64,000 nt of DNA from an uncultured virus (IMG/VR IMGVR_UViG_3300028920_000028) (lineage: Duplodnaviria; Heunggongvirae; Uroviricota; Caudoviricetes). The notes below the pieces were generated by a model that had not been told where the DNA came from, searched no databases, and saw only the letters and a list, made by a program, of their open reading frames with translations. The translations under genes and the position numbers were made by a program. Each line of letters opens with the position of its first letter. Within the stretch, counting starts at the first letter, position 1. The stretch lies in IMG/VR virus record IMGVR_UViG_3300028920_000028; one strand, written 5' to 3'. Below, one piece after another: positions 54,398 through 63,833 of the stretch.

Positions 54398-56466
54398 GAC
54401 AGCCCCGGCGCGAACCTCTCGCTCCGCAGATCGAGGTTTTTGTTGAAGTGGGGGTCGCCGAACGTGGAGCACCCCCACGTGAGCTCCATCCTCCTCACCG
54501 CCTCCGCGAACTCGGGCGTGTTTGTGTCGGGTCCGCGGGACGCCGACTCGTGGTGGACGAGCGAGGCCCAGGGGGTGTACACCACCTTCTTGCCGGCGCG
54601 GTTCAGGCGCAGGCAGAAGTCGATGTCGTTGAACGCGGTGGGCAGGCCCTCGTCGAACATGCCAGCCTCAAGGAACTCCTCGAGCCGCACGGCCATGCAG
54701 GCGCCCGTCACGGCGCTCACCCTCTGGGTGAGGTGCGGGCGGCAGAAATAGGCCGGCCCCGCGTCGTCCAGGCGCTTGTGCGCGTGCCCGGCTATGCCGC
54801 CCATGCCGATGACCACCCCCGCGTGCTGTATCCTCCCGTCGGGGTAGAGCAGCTTCGGCCCGACGGCGGCGACGCCTGGCTGCACCAGCTCCTGCGCCAT
54901 CTCCCGCAGCCAGTAGGGGTCGCGCGCCTCGACGTCGTCGTTCATGAACACGACGGCCCCCTGGAGCGTGGTGTGGGGGTCGTCCATCATCGACCCGACG
55001 GCGGCGTTGTTGAGCGCCGACCAGTTGAAGGGCCTGCCGTCGACGCCCACCACCATGCGCACGCCCGGGCCCTCCATCCAGCCCTGGGCCTCCCGCATGG
55101 CTTGCCTGGCCTCCGGCCCGCTGCCGTTGTCCACGACATGCACGACGATTTCGTTCGGGTAGTCGACGGCCCTTATGGACCGCAGGCAGGCCTCCAGGTG
55201 GCGCGTGTTGTCTTTGGTCGGGATGACGATCCGCACGGACGGGGGGTCCGGGGGCGCCCTCCGCACCCTGTACGTACCCGGGAACCTGCCCTTCATGACG
55301 GCCGCGCCCGGCCCGTGCTCCGCGCGCACGGCCTTACAGACCGCCGCCACGCCCGCGTCCCAGGCGTCGCCCTTGGCCCCGTGGCTGTTCGCCGTGGAGG
55401 AGGGCGTCCTGCGCCAATGGTACAGCACCTCGGGGACGTGGACGACGTTGCGCTCGGAGGCCCCCCGCGTGGCCCTCAGCCAGAAGTCGTGGTCCTGGGC
55501 GCCGTCGACCGACGGGTCGAGGGGGTGGTTCCTGACGACCCACAGCCTGGCGGCCGTGAGGTGGCACGGGTAGTTCTGGGAGAGGAGCATCTCGCGGTTG
55601 AAGTCCGGCTTAAAGTGCGGCTCGCCGTGCCTGCCGTCCTCGTCGATCTTGTCCTCGTCGGTGTACACGAGCCTCGCCATGGCCCTGTCCGAGAAGGCCT
55701 TCGCCACGTGCATGAGGGCGTCCGGGTGGAGCGCGTCGTCGCAGTCGAGGAACGCCGCCACGGTGTCGTCCCCGTCCACACCGTCCACGCACCTCATCGT
55801 CGCCCGGGAGATGCCCACGCGCCCCGCGGCCCTCCCCACGACGGTGATCTCGCCGGAGTGCGCCTGGAGGACGTCCCACAGGGCGCCCTGGCCCTCGCTG
55901 CCGTCGAGGAAGGCGCGCAGCTCCCAGTGGGGGTACGTCTGCGCCTTCACCGACTCTATGGCCCCCTCCAGGAACCTCGGCTCAACGCCGTAGACGGGCA
56001 TCGCCACCACCACCTTGGGCGGGCTCTCGATCGCGAAGGCCTCCTCGACCGAGGCCCTGGCGACCAGGCGCATGTGGTGGGAGCCCCCGGGGTCCCGGTC
56101 CATGAGGACGCACACCGGGCACGGCTCCCCGCCGTCGGCCCCCTCCACCCTGACGGTCAGCCCGGATCCGACTTCGAAGCCCCTGTCGAAGTCCATCTGG
56201 AGGCTGACCCAGCCCGGCAGCTCGCTGGACACGGGCGCCGACTCGACCTTCCTCGCCCCCGTGTCCGACTCCACCGTCATCCTCACGGTGACGGGGCCTG
56301 CGGCCGCGCGGCCCCTCGGCAGCGTCACGGGGACGTCGACGCTCTCCAGCTCGCACGGGCCCGGGACTTCCACGGCGGCCGAGAAGTCCGCGACGTATCC
56401 CGGCCTCCCGCCGTCCGTGCCCGGCCTGCGCACCCCCACGCTCCTTCTGACGCGGAACCTCTCCAT
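54385..56466 (-). CDS. Tandem two-domain GT2 glycosyltransferase with an extra N-terminal domain (693 aa)
   Basis: VAMPVY..SVKAQTYPHWEL, FLDCDD, YTDEDK, PHFKPDF, GAQDHDF, LYHWR; second domain IVIPTKD, FNWSALNN, MNDDVE, IQHAG, AVTGACM, FNDIDFCL, HHESASRG. Confidence 0.9.
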   Translation of the reverse strand: MERFRVRRSVGVRRPGTDGGRPGYVADFSAAVEVPGPCELESVDVPVTLPRGRAAAGPVTVRMTVESDTGARKVESAPVSSELPGWVSLQMDFDRGFEVGSGLTVRVEGADGGEPCPVCVLMDRDPGGSHHMRLVARASVEEAFAIESPPKVVVAMPVYGVEPRFLEGAIESVKAQTYPHWELRAFLDGSEGQGALWDVLQAHSGEITVVGRAAGRVGISRATMRCVDGVDGDDTVAAFLDCDDALHPDALMHVAKAFSDRAMARLVYTDEDKIDEDGRHGEPHFKPDFNREMLLSQNYPCHLTAARLWVVRNHPLDPSVDGAQDHDFWLRATRGASERNVVHVPEVLYHWRRTPSSTANSHGAKGDAWDAGVAAVCKAVRAEHGPGAAVMKGRFPGTYRVRRAPPDPPSVRIVIPTKDNTRHLEACLRSIRAVDYPNEIVVHVVDNGSGPEARQAMREAQGWMEGPGVRMVVGVDGRPFNWSALNNAAVGSMMDDPHTTLQGAVVFMNDDVEARDPYWLREMAQELVQPGVAAVGPKLLYPDGRIQHAGVVIGMGGIAGHAHKRLDDAGPAYFCRPHLTQRVSAVTGACMAVRLEEFLEAGMFDEGLPTAFNDIDFCLRLNRAGKKVVYTPWASLVHHESASRGPDTNTPEFAEAVRRMELTWGCSTFGDPHFNKNLDLRSERFAPGLSWIP

Positions 56467-56469
56467 GCG

Positions 56470-57072
56470 CTACTCCCCGTCCCCCACGTGGTCGAGGAAC
56501 ATCCCCACGAACTTCTCCAACGTGCGCCCCTCCCCGCCGAGGCCCGGCAGCGTGATGACGGGCTGCGATATGGACGCCCGCGTCTCCAAGTAGGCCCCCC
56601 TGAGCCCCTTGAGCTTGTCCAGGTCGGTGTCCGGGTCCCGGTCGTAGCACACCTCCGGCGGCGTGTCCACGAACACGTAGAGGTCGGGCTGCGTGAACAG
56701 GCTGCTGTGGAGGTACAGGTCCGTGAGGAGCCCGTGGCAGTGGGGCGAGAAGAACTTCGCGTAGGCGATGCCCGACCACAGATACCGGTCGCACACGATG
56801 TTCCCGCTGCCGAGCAGGTCCTGGTGTCGCAGGCGCGACTCGAAGAAGATTCTCTCGCGCTCGTACTCGCCCACCGGCGAGTCGTCGGAGTTGAGCCGGT
56901 CGGCCTCCTCGGTGCTGAACGTCGGCTCCTTGGTCCAGATGAAGTCCCCGAGGTGGGGGTCGACCTTGAGCGCGCCGTCCTCGTCCCGGAACTCGTTGTT
57001 GACCCAGGCCTGGAAGTTGACCGACAGGGAGGACTTCCCCGACCGGTCGATGCCCTCGAACACTATAAACAT
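56470..57072 (-). CDS. tmk: Thymidylate (dNMP) kinase
   Basis: FIVFEGIDRSGKSS (P-loop), KEP, VCDRYLWSGIAY, PDLYVFVD. Confidence 0.85.
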   Translation of the reverse strand: MFIVFEGIDRSGKSSLSVNFQAWVNNEFRDEDGALKVDPHLGDFIWTKEPTFSTEEADRLNSDDSPVGEYERERIFFESRLRHQDLLGSGNIVCDRYLWSGIAYAKFFSPHCHGLLTDLYLHSSLFTQPDLYVFVDTPPEVCYDRDPDTDLDKLKGLRGAYLETRASISQPVITLPGLGGEGRTLEKFVGMFLDHVGDGE

Positions 57073-57098
57073 TCTCGGCTCCTTTCCCCCTCGCCCCG

Positions 57099-57782
57099 CT
57101 ATCTGATCTTGGGCCTGTTCTTCGAGGCCCTGACTCCGTCGTATGCCATGCTCAGCCTGCGGAACTCGCGCACGACCGAGGATTTATACTCCTTCACGTA
57201 CTGCCTGTCCTCGCGGCTGTATTTTATCGTGCGCAGGTAGTCGCGCCCCCCGACGTACACGCGGGCGCCGTACTCCGCGCCCTTCTTTCTGGCATGCATG
57301 GAGAAGTAGTGGGCGCCGCACAGTATGCTCGCGACGTCGTCCCACACGGTCGTGTCGGGCCTGTAGCTTATGTGGAGGCTGTCGCACATGTCCTTGATGG
57401 TCTTTTCCTTGATCTGCATCAGTCCCTTCGCCGGCGGCCTCGACTTCGACTTTGCCGAGGGGTTGAAGTTCGACTCCATCCTCATGAGCGCGGCGTACCA
57501 CTCCCAGTCGAAGCCGTACTTCCGCGACATCTCGTCGAAGAAGAAGCTGTAGTAGTAGGCCCTTATCGAGTCCAGGTCGTAGCTCCTCACGAGGACGTCC
57601 GTCATGTCCTCGATGCGCTGCTCGCGCCGGATGTACCCCATGAGCCTCTCGGTGTTCTCCTTGAGGAGCAGATCCCGATCCTTGTGCACCCTGCCGAGGT
57701 AGTAGAAGGCGCCGTACGCGCCCAGGGAGGAGAACAGGACCAAGTGGATTATGACCCACGTAACAAAGCTTCTCCAACTCAT
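57099..57782 (-). CDS. SLT-domain lytic transglycosylase with an N-terminal TM anchor
   Basis: ALMRMESNFNPSAKS, AKGLMQI; hydrophobic N-terminus VTWVIIHLVLFSSLGAYGAFYYLG. Confidence 0.85.
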   Translation of the reverse strand: MSWRSFVTWVIIHLVLFSSLGAYGAFYYLGRVHKDRDLLLKENTERLMGYIRREQRIEDMTDVLVRSYDLDSIRAYYYSFFFDEMSRKYGFDWEWYAALMRMESNFNPSAKSKSRPPAKGLMQIKEKTIKDMCDSLHISYRPDTTVWDDVASILCGAHYFSMHARKKGAEYGARVYVGGRDYLRTIKYSREDRQYVKEYKSSVVREFRRLSMAYDGVRASKNRPKIR

Positions 57783-58096
57783 TTCACCCTCCTTCCCTTG
57801 AACAGTTTCGTGCCGGGGGGCGTGGGGTCGTTCTCGACCCTTCTGAGCAGCTTCCCGTCCTCCCACCACTCGAGGGTCCCGTCCGGGTGCACGACGGCGG
57901 GGTGCTTCCTGCGGTGCCTCTTGCCGTGCCGCCACCACGCCCTGTACCCGTTGTCCATGACCTCGGCGGGGCCGCGCTCGCGGTGCTTCACGCCGCCGCG
58001 TATGTACACGTAGCCGCCCGGGACCGGGTGCCTCCCGTCCTCCATCTTCGGGACGCCGCCGAGGCTGGCCCCCGCGTTGACGTACTGCCTTCTCAC
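57779..58096 (-). CDS. Short beta-hairpin repeat protein (HRxxGPA/W repeats)
   Basis: KHRERGPAEV..YRAWWRHGKRHRRKHPAVV..TLEWWEDGK. Confidence 0.7.
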   Translation of the reverse strand: MRRQYVNAGASLGGVPKMEDGRHPVPGGYVYIRGGVKHRERGPAEVMDNGYRAWWRHGKRHRRKHPAVVHPDGTLEWWEDGKLLRRVENDPTPPGTKLFKGRRVK

Positions 58097-58893
58097 CTTG
58101 ACACCTCCTCCCGCATCGTGTCGTCCCGCACCATCCCCCTGTCCCTCGCCTGCTCGTAGGGCAGCACGATGTTGCGGCGGTAGTACCGCCTCAGCGCCTC
58201 CTCGCCGCCCTCGGCGCACACTTGGTTGATGCCGCGCCACCCCACGCCCATCTGCTCCAGCTTCGTCTCCGACCACCTCCCGCGGTGCTTGCTCACGAAC
58301 TGGTCCTCGCTGCGGTGCGGGTAGTGGTACAGGCGCAGCGAGGGCGTGTCCTGGACGGAGTCCTTGATGAAGGGGTAGAACCTCATGAAGTGGTTGCCCT
58401 GCTCGATGCTCTCAAACCCCTGCGCGGCGTGGATGACCTTCTTGCTGTCGAACTCAATCGTGTCCGGGTCGCAGTGCAGCATCCTCTTGACGGGGTTGGG
58501 CTCCGAGGGGTCGTCCATCTCCGTGGGCCTGAATGTCGTCCCCTCGGGGTAGACGACGTTCGCGCCGTAGCCCCAGAACGCGCCGACGACGTACCGCAGG
58601 TCGCCCGCCCAGAACTCGTCGGCGTCGGAGTTGACGACCCAGTCGGCCCCGAGGTGCGCGCAGTGGCGGACCATGCGGGCCACCCACAGCTCCTGGTCGT
58701 AGACGTCGGAGGCCATGGTCAGCACGGTGACGCCCCCGAGCTCCCGCGAAAGCGAGGCCAGGACATCCGACGTGCCGTCCGTGGACATGTTATCCATCAC
58801 CACCAAGTGGTCCACCTTCGGGCGGTGGTACCGCACGTGCGCCTCGACTATGTCGATCTCGTTCTTCACGAGCAGTGTCATCATCAGCTTCAT
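58093..58893 (-). CDS. Glycosyltransferase family 2 (Glyco_tranf_2_4 type)
   Basis: TLLVKNEIDIV, MDNMSTDGT, NSDADEFW, QGNH, YHYPHRS. Confidence 0.85.
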   Translation of the reverse strand: MKLMMTLLVKNEIDIVEAHVRYHRPKVDHLVVMDNMSTDGTSDVLASLSRELGGVTVLTMASDVYDQELWVARMVRHCAHLGADWVVNSDADEFWAGDLRYVVGAFWGYGANVVYPEGTTFRPTEMDDPSEPNPVKRMLHCDPDTIEFDSKKVIHAAQGFESIEQGNHFMRFYPFIKDSVQDTPSLRLYHYPHRSEDQFVSKHRGRWSETKLEQMGVGWRGINQVCAEGGEEALRRYYRRNIVLPYEQARDRGMVRDDTMREEVSR

Positions 58894-58894
58894 G

Positions 58895-59782
58895 TCAGTC
58901 GCCGTTCGCGATGTGGCGCCACAGCGCCACGCGGTCGATGTCCACGCTTATCCTGTCCCTCTTCGGCTCCGGCTTGGTGCCCCATCCGCCCTTCCCCCTG
59001 CACAGCCGGCCGTGATACCACGTCACAACGCCTGGGTGGGCGTGCGCGACTGCGGCGGTCGGGTCGTGGAACTTTTTGCCGTCCCTGCTGCTGAGGTACA
59101 GGTCCATGCCCTCCCGTATCAGCCCCGCCCCGCGGCCTGCGGGGGGCGCCGCCTTCACCGCGGCGTGCACAGCCCTGTCGTACACCAGGGTGTGGCACAC
59201 GTTCTTGGACACGAACCGCCTGTCCGCCACGTCGGCGGCGAGCAGCGCCTCGCCCCCGGGGATGCAACCGCTTAGGTTGAAGGTCGGCACAAAGGACTTG
59301 CCCTCGAACTTGTCCAGCCTCTCCACGTCCATGCCGTGCACGTCGTACCCGATGAAACCCCCCTGCATCGTGACCCGGGAGATCTCCATCTTTGGGTGCG
59401 CCTCGAGGTACGGGCCGATGTTCTTCAAGGGGCCGCAGGCGAACAGCTCCGTGCCGGGGTCCTCCCGGAACGCGTCGTCCAGGAGGTCGCCCGACGCGTG
59501 CCGCGCCTCCGCGGAGACCGGGCGGCCCGCCCTTTTGAGCATGCTCACGTGGAACCCGCCCCAGTTCATGTCGCCCTTCGGCGCGCCCAGCTTCGACGCA
59601 GGCACCCCGACCCTGGCGTCGAGGCCCAGCTCCGCGACGAGGTATTCGGCGATGGCCACTTGGTGGGAGTGGCCCGGGGTCAGCAGTATGGCGCGTATGT
59701 CGGCCACCCCGGACAGGTAGCAGATCGCGAAGAAGTCGTCCGGGTCGTGCCCGAGGTCGGTCTCTACCACCAACGGTCTCAT
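58895..59782 (-). CDS. Nucleoside hydrolase (inosine-uridine preferring family)-like protein
   Basis: ETDLGHDPDDFFA, ACGPLKN, MQGG, TFN, KFHDP. Confidence 0.85.
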   Translation of the reverse strand: MRPLVVETDLGHDPDDFFAICYLSGVADIRAILLTPGHSHQVAIAEYLVAELGLDARVGVPASKLGAPKGDMNWGGFHVSMLKRAGRPVSAEARHASGDLLDDAFREDPGTELFACGPLKNIGPYLEAHPKMEISRVTMQGGFIGYDVHGMDVERLDKFEGKSFVPTFNLSGCIPGGEALLAADVADRRFVSKNVCHTLVYDRAVHAAVKAAPPAGRGAGLIREGMDLYLSSRDGKKFHDPTAAVAHAHPGVVTWYHGRLCRGKGGWGTKPEPKRDRISVDIDRVALWRHIANGD

Positions 59783-60495
59783 ACGCTCGCCGCCGGTGAG
59801 GGTGATATGCCCCTGCATCTCCAGCAAAGGGGGATCCTGGACTCGGAAACCATGTCGGCCGCCTCGGCGAACCCGTCGAGGATCTTGCCGTGGTCCTCCT
59901 CCTCGATGTTGCCCAGGGACACGAGGCCCCTATACTCGGCGCAGCACAGGCGCACGTTGCCCCCATAGTTCACGGGCAGCTCTATCTTGGAGGGGCGGAT
60001 GCACGCGCCCTTCGACACGGGCCCGGGTCCGTAGATGTCCATGCGCGTGTCGTAGTACGCCTTCGCTATCTCGATGTTCGGGAGGCCCCCGGTGATGTCG
60101 CGGAGCCGCTGCTCGACCGACGGGTCGTGCAGCGTGAACACCGCCTTGTCGAACGCCTCCAGCCAATTGCGGTGGAACGGCTGGAGGAGCGCGCCGTTCG
60201 ACCACAGTATGAACCTCACGCCGGGGATCGCCGCCAGCATGCGGTTCATGAGCGACAGCATCCTGTCGACGTCCGACAGGGGGTCGCAGTAGTAGTGGAA
60301 CCCCACCATCCCCGCGAAGCCCCGCTCGTGCACCCTTGCGGCGAAATCCACGATGGTGCGGTCGGGGCATTTCTCGCGCCGCTCGTGCGGCGGGTAGCGC
60401 AACGGGTCGTTCGCGGGGCAGAAGGGGTGGCTGCCCGCCATGCCGCACCCGTCGGCGACCTCGAAGGAGAGATATCGGAGATCCGAGAAGTTCAT
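59779..60495 (-). CDS. Radical SAM/SPASM-like protein with an atypical C-x5-H-x2-C motif
   Basis: SFEVADGCGMAGSHPFCP, FHYYCDPL, WSNG, CIRP..GNVRLCC..LGNI..CWRC. Confidence 0.7.
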   Translation of the reverse strand: MNFSDLRYLSFEVADGCGMAGSHPFCPANDPLRYPPHERREKCPDRTIVDFAARVHERGFAGMVGFHYYCDPLSDVDRMLSLMNRMLAAIPGVRFILWSNGALLQPFHRNWLEAFDKAVFTLHDPSVEQRLRDITGGLPNIEIAKAYYDTRMDIYGPGPVSKGACIRPSKIELPVNYGGNVRLCCAEYRGLVSLGNIEEEDHGKILDGFAEAADMVSESRIPLCWRCRGISPSPAASV

Positions 60496-61028
60496 TTCGA
60501 GGGCGTCCCCCACAGTTCCGTATCGCGCACCATGGCCTTCACCGCGAAGTATCCCCCGACCGAAAACTTCACCAAGTAGGAGTCGTCGTCGGGGTAGCAT
60601 TGCTCGATGACCCCGAAGGCGTTCCTGCCGATTTCGATGACCGCTTGGCCCGCGGGCACCTCCCTGGCCTCGCATGTCCTGACCCAATCCCCGTCCTTGT
60701 ACCTCTGCCGTCTACCATGCCGCCCCGCCTGTGCCTGCCCGCTTACGCAATCCCCCATGTACCCCATGGCGATGGACAGCCCGTGCCGATAACCCTCCCC
60801 CCACTCCGACCAGCTACCGCGCGATGCCGCCTTCTCTTCCTCCAGCAGTTTCCTCAGCACCCTTCCCCTATAGGCATCCACCCCCGTCGCATCGGGAGTC
60901 TGCCCCTCAAGGGCTGCGGCGATCTTCGCCTCGAGCCAATCCACGCGCCTCTGCCAGTCCTGGCTGGTCATGTTCCACGGGAGCCACTGCTCCCCGCTCT
61001 CGCGCTCGTACTGCTCTTTGAGGTCCAC
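60492..61028 (-). CDS. Hypothetical protein (178 aa)
   Basis: ORF track; AGGGAAG ribosome-binding site, GTG start. Confidence 0.65.
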   Translation of the reverse strand: MDLKEQYERESGEQWLPWNMTSQDWQRRVDWLEAKIAAALEGQTPDATGVDAYRGRVLRKLLEEEKAASRGSWSEWGEGYRHGLSIAMGYMGDCVSGQAQAGRHGRRQRYKDGDWVRTCEAREVPAGQAVIEIGRNAFGVIEQCYPDDDSYLVKFSVGGYFAVKAMVRDTELWGTPSK

Positions 61029-61091
61029 GGGTCTTCCCCTTCGGCGTAGGTGCGACGCACAAAATCGGCAGGCAGGCCGATTGATTGTTGG

Positions 61092-61532
61092 TTAGTCGTC
61101 GCTCGGGATGAACTGCACAGACACGCTTACCAGTTGGTCATCCTCCCGCCTCTCCCACGAAACGGACTCGACACTGCAGAGGTTGATGCCCATCTGGTTC
61201 GGGATCACGTTCAGCGGAAGCGGGCTCTCGCCCGAACTGATCAACTCGTCCACGCTCTTGACGAACTTGCCCGCCGGACGCGGCCCGTTCTTCGCCGGGA
61301 AGACGACGGTGTCGACCGTGTCCCCCCTGCTGTCCTGCACATACATCGTCACGTGCTCGTCGGAGGGGATGACCTCCTCGTGCAGGACAGCGTCGTCAGG
61401 GCCTGTTGACACCACCCTGCGCTTGACCTTGTCCACCGAATACCCATGACACTCGACAACGTGGTAGTGAGCGCCCGCCCGCCACCTTGCGCTGTCCTCT
61501 TTCTTGACCATCTCTTGGAACTTGAGAAGCAT
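61092..61532 (-). CDS. Hypothetical protein (146 aa)
   Basis: ORF track; AGGAAGGTAGG upstream of the ATG. Confidence 0.75.
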   Translation of the reverse strand: MLLKFQEMVKKEDSARWRAGAHYHVVECHGYSVDKVKRRVVSTGPDDAVLHEEVIPSDEHVTMYVQDSRGDTVDTVVFPAKNGPRPAGKFVKSVDELISSGESPLPLNVIPNQMGINLCSVESVSWERREDDQLVSVSVQFIPSDD

Positions 61533-61599
61533 ACCTACCTACCTTCCTAAACAGCCTGCCTGCCTTTTCTTCTATCCCGTCCCGCCGACGCGGTCCGAG

Positions 61600-62346
61600 C
61601 TACCTCCAATTCAGCCTCCACCGCTCCTTGGGGAGGTACTTGCTCTCGTCCTCGAACTCGTAGACAAAGGGCGCGCCGTACCCGGCCTTGCGGGGGTCCT
61701 TCTCGATCTCCTCCGGCCGGTAGCCCCAGTTCTCGCACTGCCCCGCATGGAAGCAGTAGATGTCCCGGCAGAACGCGACCCGGTAGCCGCGCGCGTTCAT
61801 GTCGATGGATATGATGTTGTCGTCCCCGAACTGCATCAGCTGCGGCTTGAACGAGTCGGGGGGGAGCGCGGCCCTGCGCACCATCTTGTAGGTGTTCCCC
61901 ACCGCGCGGCAGTACACGACGTCGTGGTCGTACTCCCCGGTCGGCGACTGGAACTCCTGCGGGGGCAGCTGCATGGCGAGGAGGCCGACCTGCGGGTGGC
62001 TGTCCATGATGCCCCGCATGCGGGACAGCCAGTCGGGCGACAGCTTCGGCGGGAGCACGTCGTTGTCCGTGACCACGTAGTAGTCGTCCGTGACCTCCGC
62101 CATCATGTGGAACACGCCCTTGTTGTACAGGCACCCGGTGTTTCGAGAGTCCAAGGTCAAAGAGGTCAGCTTGCCGCCCTCGAGGAGGCCCAGGGCGTAC
62201 TCCCTGTCCTCCCTGTTGGACATGCAGTCGTTGTCGTACATGTGCAGGTCGAACGTCCCCGGGTCCGTCCGCTCGTAGATCTCCCGGACGCACCGCTTGG
62301 TCATGAGCCGGCGGTGGAACGACGTGATGAATATCGGCGTCCTCAT
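61600..62346 (-). CDS. GT2-like glycosyltransferase
   Basis: IFITSFHRR, MYDND, VTDNDVL, FGDD, CFHAG. Confidence 0.8.
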   Translation of the reverse strand: MRTPIFITSFHRRLMTKRCVREIYERTDPGTFDLHMYDNDCMSNREDREYALGLLEGGKLTSLTLDSRNTGCLYNKGVFHMMAEVTDDYYVVTDNDVLPPKLSPDWLSRMRGIMDSHPQVGLLAMQLPPQEFQSPTGEYDHDVVYCRAVGNTYKMVRRAALPPDSFKPQLMQFGDDNIISIDMNARGYRVAFCRDIYCFHAGQCENWGYRPEEIEKDPRKAGYGAPFVYEFEDESKYLPKERWRLNWR

Positions 62347-62933
62347 GTCTGCTGGCCTATCTGTCCCTGTATCTGCGTAAGGGCTTCCTTGACGCCCTTC
62401 ATCTCGGTTTCCAGGTTCAGCTGCTGGTCGGGGACGTTGAGGATGGCGTACTGCATGGTGTCGCACATCCACCTCGTCATCGCCGACTGCACCATCGCCG
62501 GGAACTTGCCCTCGATGAGCCGCCGCACCCTCTCGTAGGACTCCTTCAGCTGCTCGTCCTCATTGACCATCTGGGTGACGCTCTCCTTGAACGTCCTCAC
62601 GGACTCCTCGACGATCATGCTCACCATCTGCTCCCGGGAGGACCTGTATTCCCTCATGCGACCCTGGTAAGTGCTGGACGCGCGTATCTCGTCGTCGGTG
62701 GCCTTCGACGCCCTTTTGTCGCTGCCCCACGACGACAGGGACGCGTCCCTCGCCCTCATGTCGGTGAGAACGGACTCCTCGTACGCCCTGCGCTCCTCGG
62801 CGTACGGCTCCTCGAGCCACTTGCGCATGACCTCCACGGCCAGGGACTTCTTCTGCTTCGCGCTGAGCGACTTGAACATGTCGACGATCGTGTCGCCGAG
62901 CTGGTGCGCCTCAATCTTCAACGTCACGTCCAT
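62343..62933 (-). CDS. Helical coiled-coil hypothetical protein (196 aa)
   Basis: ORF track; GGAGG ribosome-binding site. Confidence 0.75.
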   Translation of the reverse strand: MDVTLKIEAHQLGDTIVDMFKSLSAKQKKSLAVEVMRKWLEEPYAEERRAYEESVLTDMRARDASLSSWGSDKRASKATDDEIRASSTYQGRMREYRSSREQMVSMIVEESVRTFKESVTQMVNEDEQLKESYERVRRLIEGKFPAMVQSAMTRWMCDTMQYAILNVPDQQLNLETEMKGVKEALTQIQGQIGQQT

Positions 62934-63225
62934 CGGTTCCCTCCTTTTCCACGGGTTCGTAGAATGCGTTGAGTCTTTCCTCGTTGAGGACCATGAGGGT
63001 CTTCAGCCGCCCCACGGCGATGTAGTCCCCGTATTCGGCCTTCTCCGTGTCCCCGTCCCCTGTTTCGACAAAGATCGCCCCGTCGGCGAACACGATGTCG
63101 CCGTCGTCGTACGCCCTGACGAAAACCTCCGGCAGATCCTCGAAGTTTGGCTCGTCGAGGAGGTCGGACACGGCATACACGTCGACCTCGAGCGGCTTCC
63201 TCCTGCATCTCAAAGGCTTTATCAT
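62911..63225 (-). CDS. Phage protein of the PGDYG-like type (104 aa)
   Basis: RRKPLEVDV...ETGDGDTEKAEYGDYIAVG...FYEPVE. Confidence 0.7.
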   Translation of the reverse strand: MIKPLRCRRKPLEVDVYAVSDLLDEPNFEDLPEVFVRAYDDGDIVFADGAIFVETGDGDTEKAEYGDYIAVGRLKTLMVLNEERLNAFYEPVEKEGTDGRDVED

Positions 63226-63833
63226 CGCGCCCCCCCGTCGTGCGTTATGAAGTAGTTGCCTGGGATGGCCGTGCCCGGGTAGGGCGCGAAGTCCAGCTTG
63301 AACCCGGGCATCACCCCCCATATGTCCCTGATAACGTCCTCGTCCGGCGTCCACAGGTGCTGGGGGTTCCCCCTGTGATCCTGGTCGGGGAGAGACACGA
63401 TGACCCCCTTCACCGCCAGATCCCGCATCCTCTCGGCGCAAACCCTCACCTCGTCCAGGGGCATATGCTCGAGCGTCTCGAAGCACATGACCGCGTCGTA
63501 CGCGCCGGGGAGGTCCAAGTCGGCGAAGTACCCCTCGTGCACCGCGTACCTTATGAAGTTGCGGTCGGCGTACCTGCGCGCCGCCGCGGCCAGGTCGGGT
63601 ATCAATTCCACGCCCTCGACCTTGAAGCCCTTCCCTATGAGAAGGAAGTCGAGCCACCCGTCGTAGCTGCCGATGTCCAAGGCGGTTTCGGCGCCGATTT
63701 CCTTGAGAAAGCCGGTCGCCTTGAGGTAGTGGTTTGCGTCCCGGACATTGCCCATGTGGGCCATCGGGTTCGGGAGGTAGCCCCCCGGCAGCCGCACCGA
63801 GTGCGCCCGGATCCGCTCCGTCCTGTCCCTCAT
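63222..63833 (-). CDS. Class I SAM-dependent methyltransferase
   Basis: ALDIGSYDG, GVE, YDAVMCFETLEHM, SLPD..NPQHL. Confidence 0.9.
   Translation of the reverse strand: MRDRTERIRAHSVRLPGGYLPNPMAHMGNVRDANHYLKATGFLKEIGAETALDIGSYDGWLDFLLIGKGFKVEGVELIPDLAAAARRYADRNFIRYAVHEGYFADLDLPGAYDAVMCFETLEHMPLDEVRVCAERMRDLAVKGVIVSLPDQDHRGNPQHLWTPDEDVIRDIWGVMPGFKLDFAPYPGTAIPGNYFITHDGGAR

Noticed and set aside
54139..57240. 1033-aa plus-strand ORF and similar long antisense ORFs (48599-50374, 50694-52172, 27358-28992)
   Set aside because: They lie opposite genes with clear family motifs and have low-complexity Arg/Pro/Ala translations typical of high-GC shadows.
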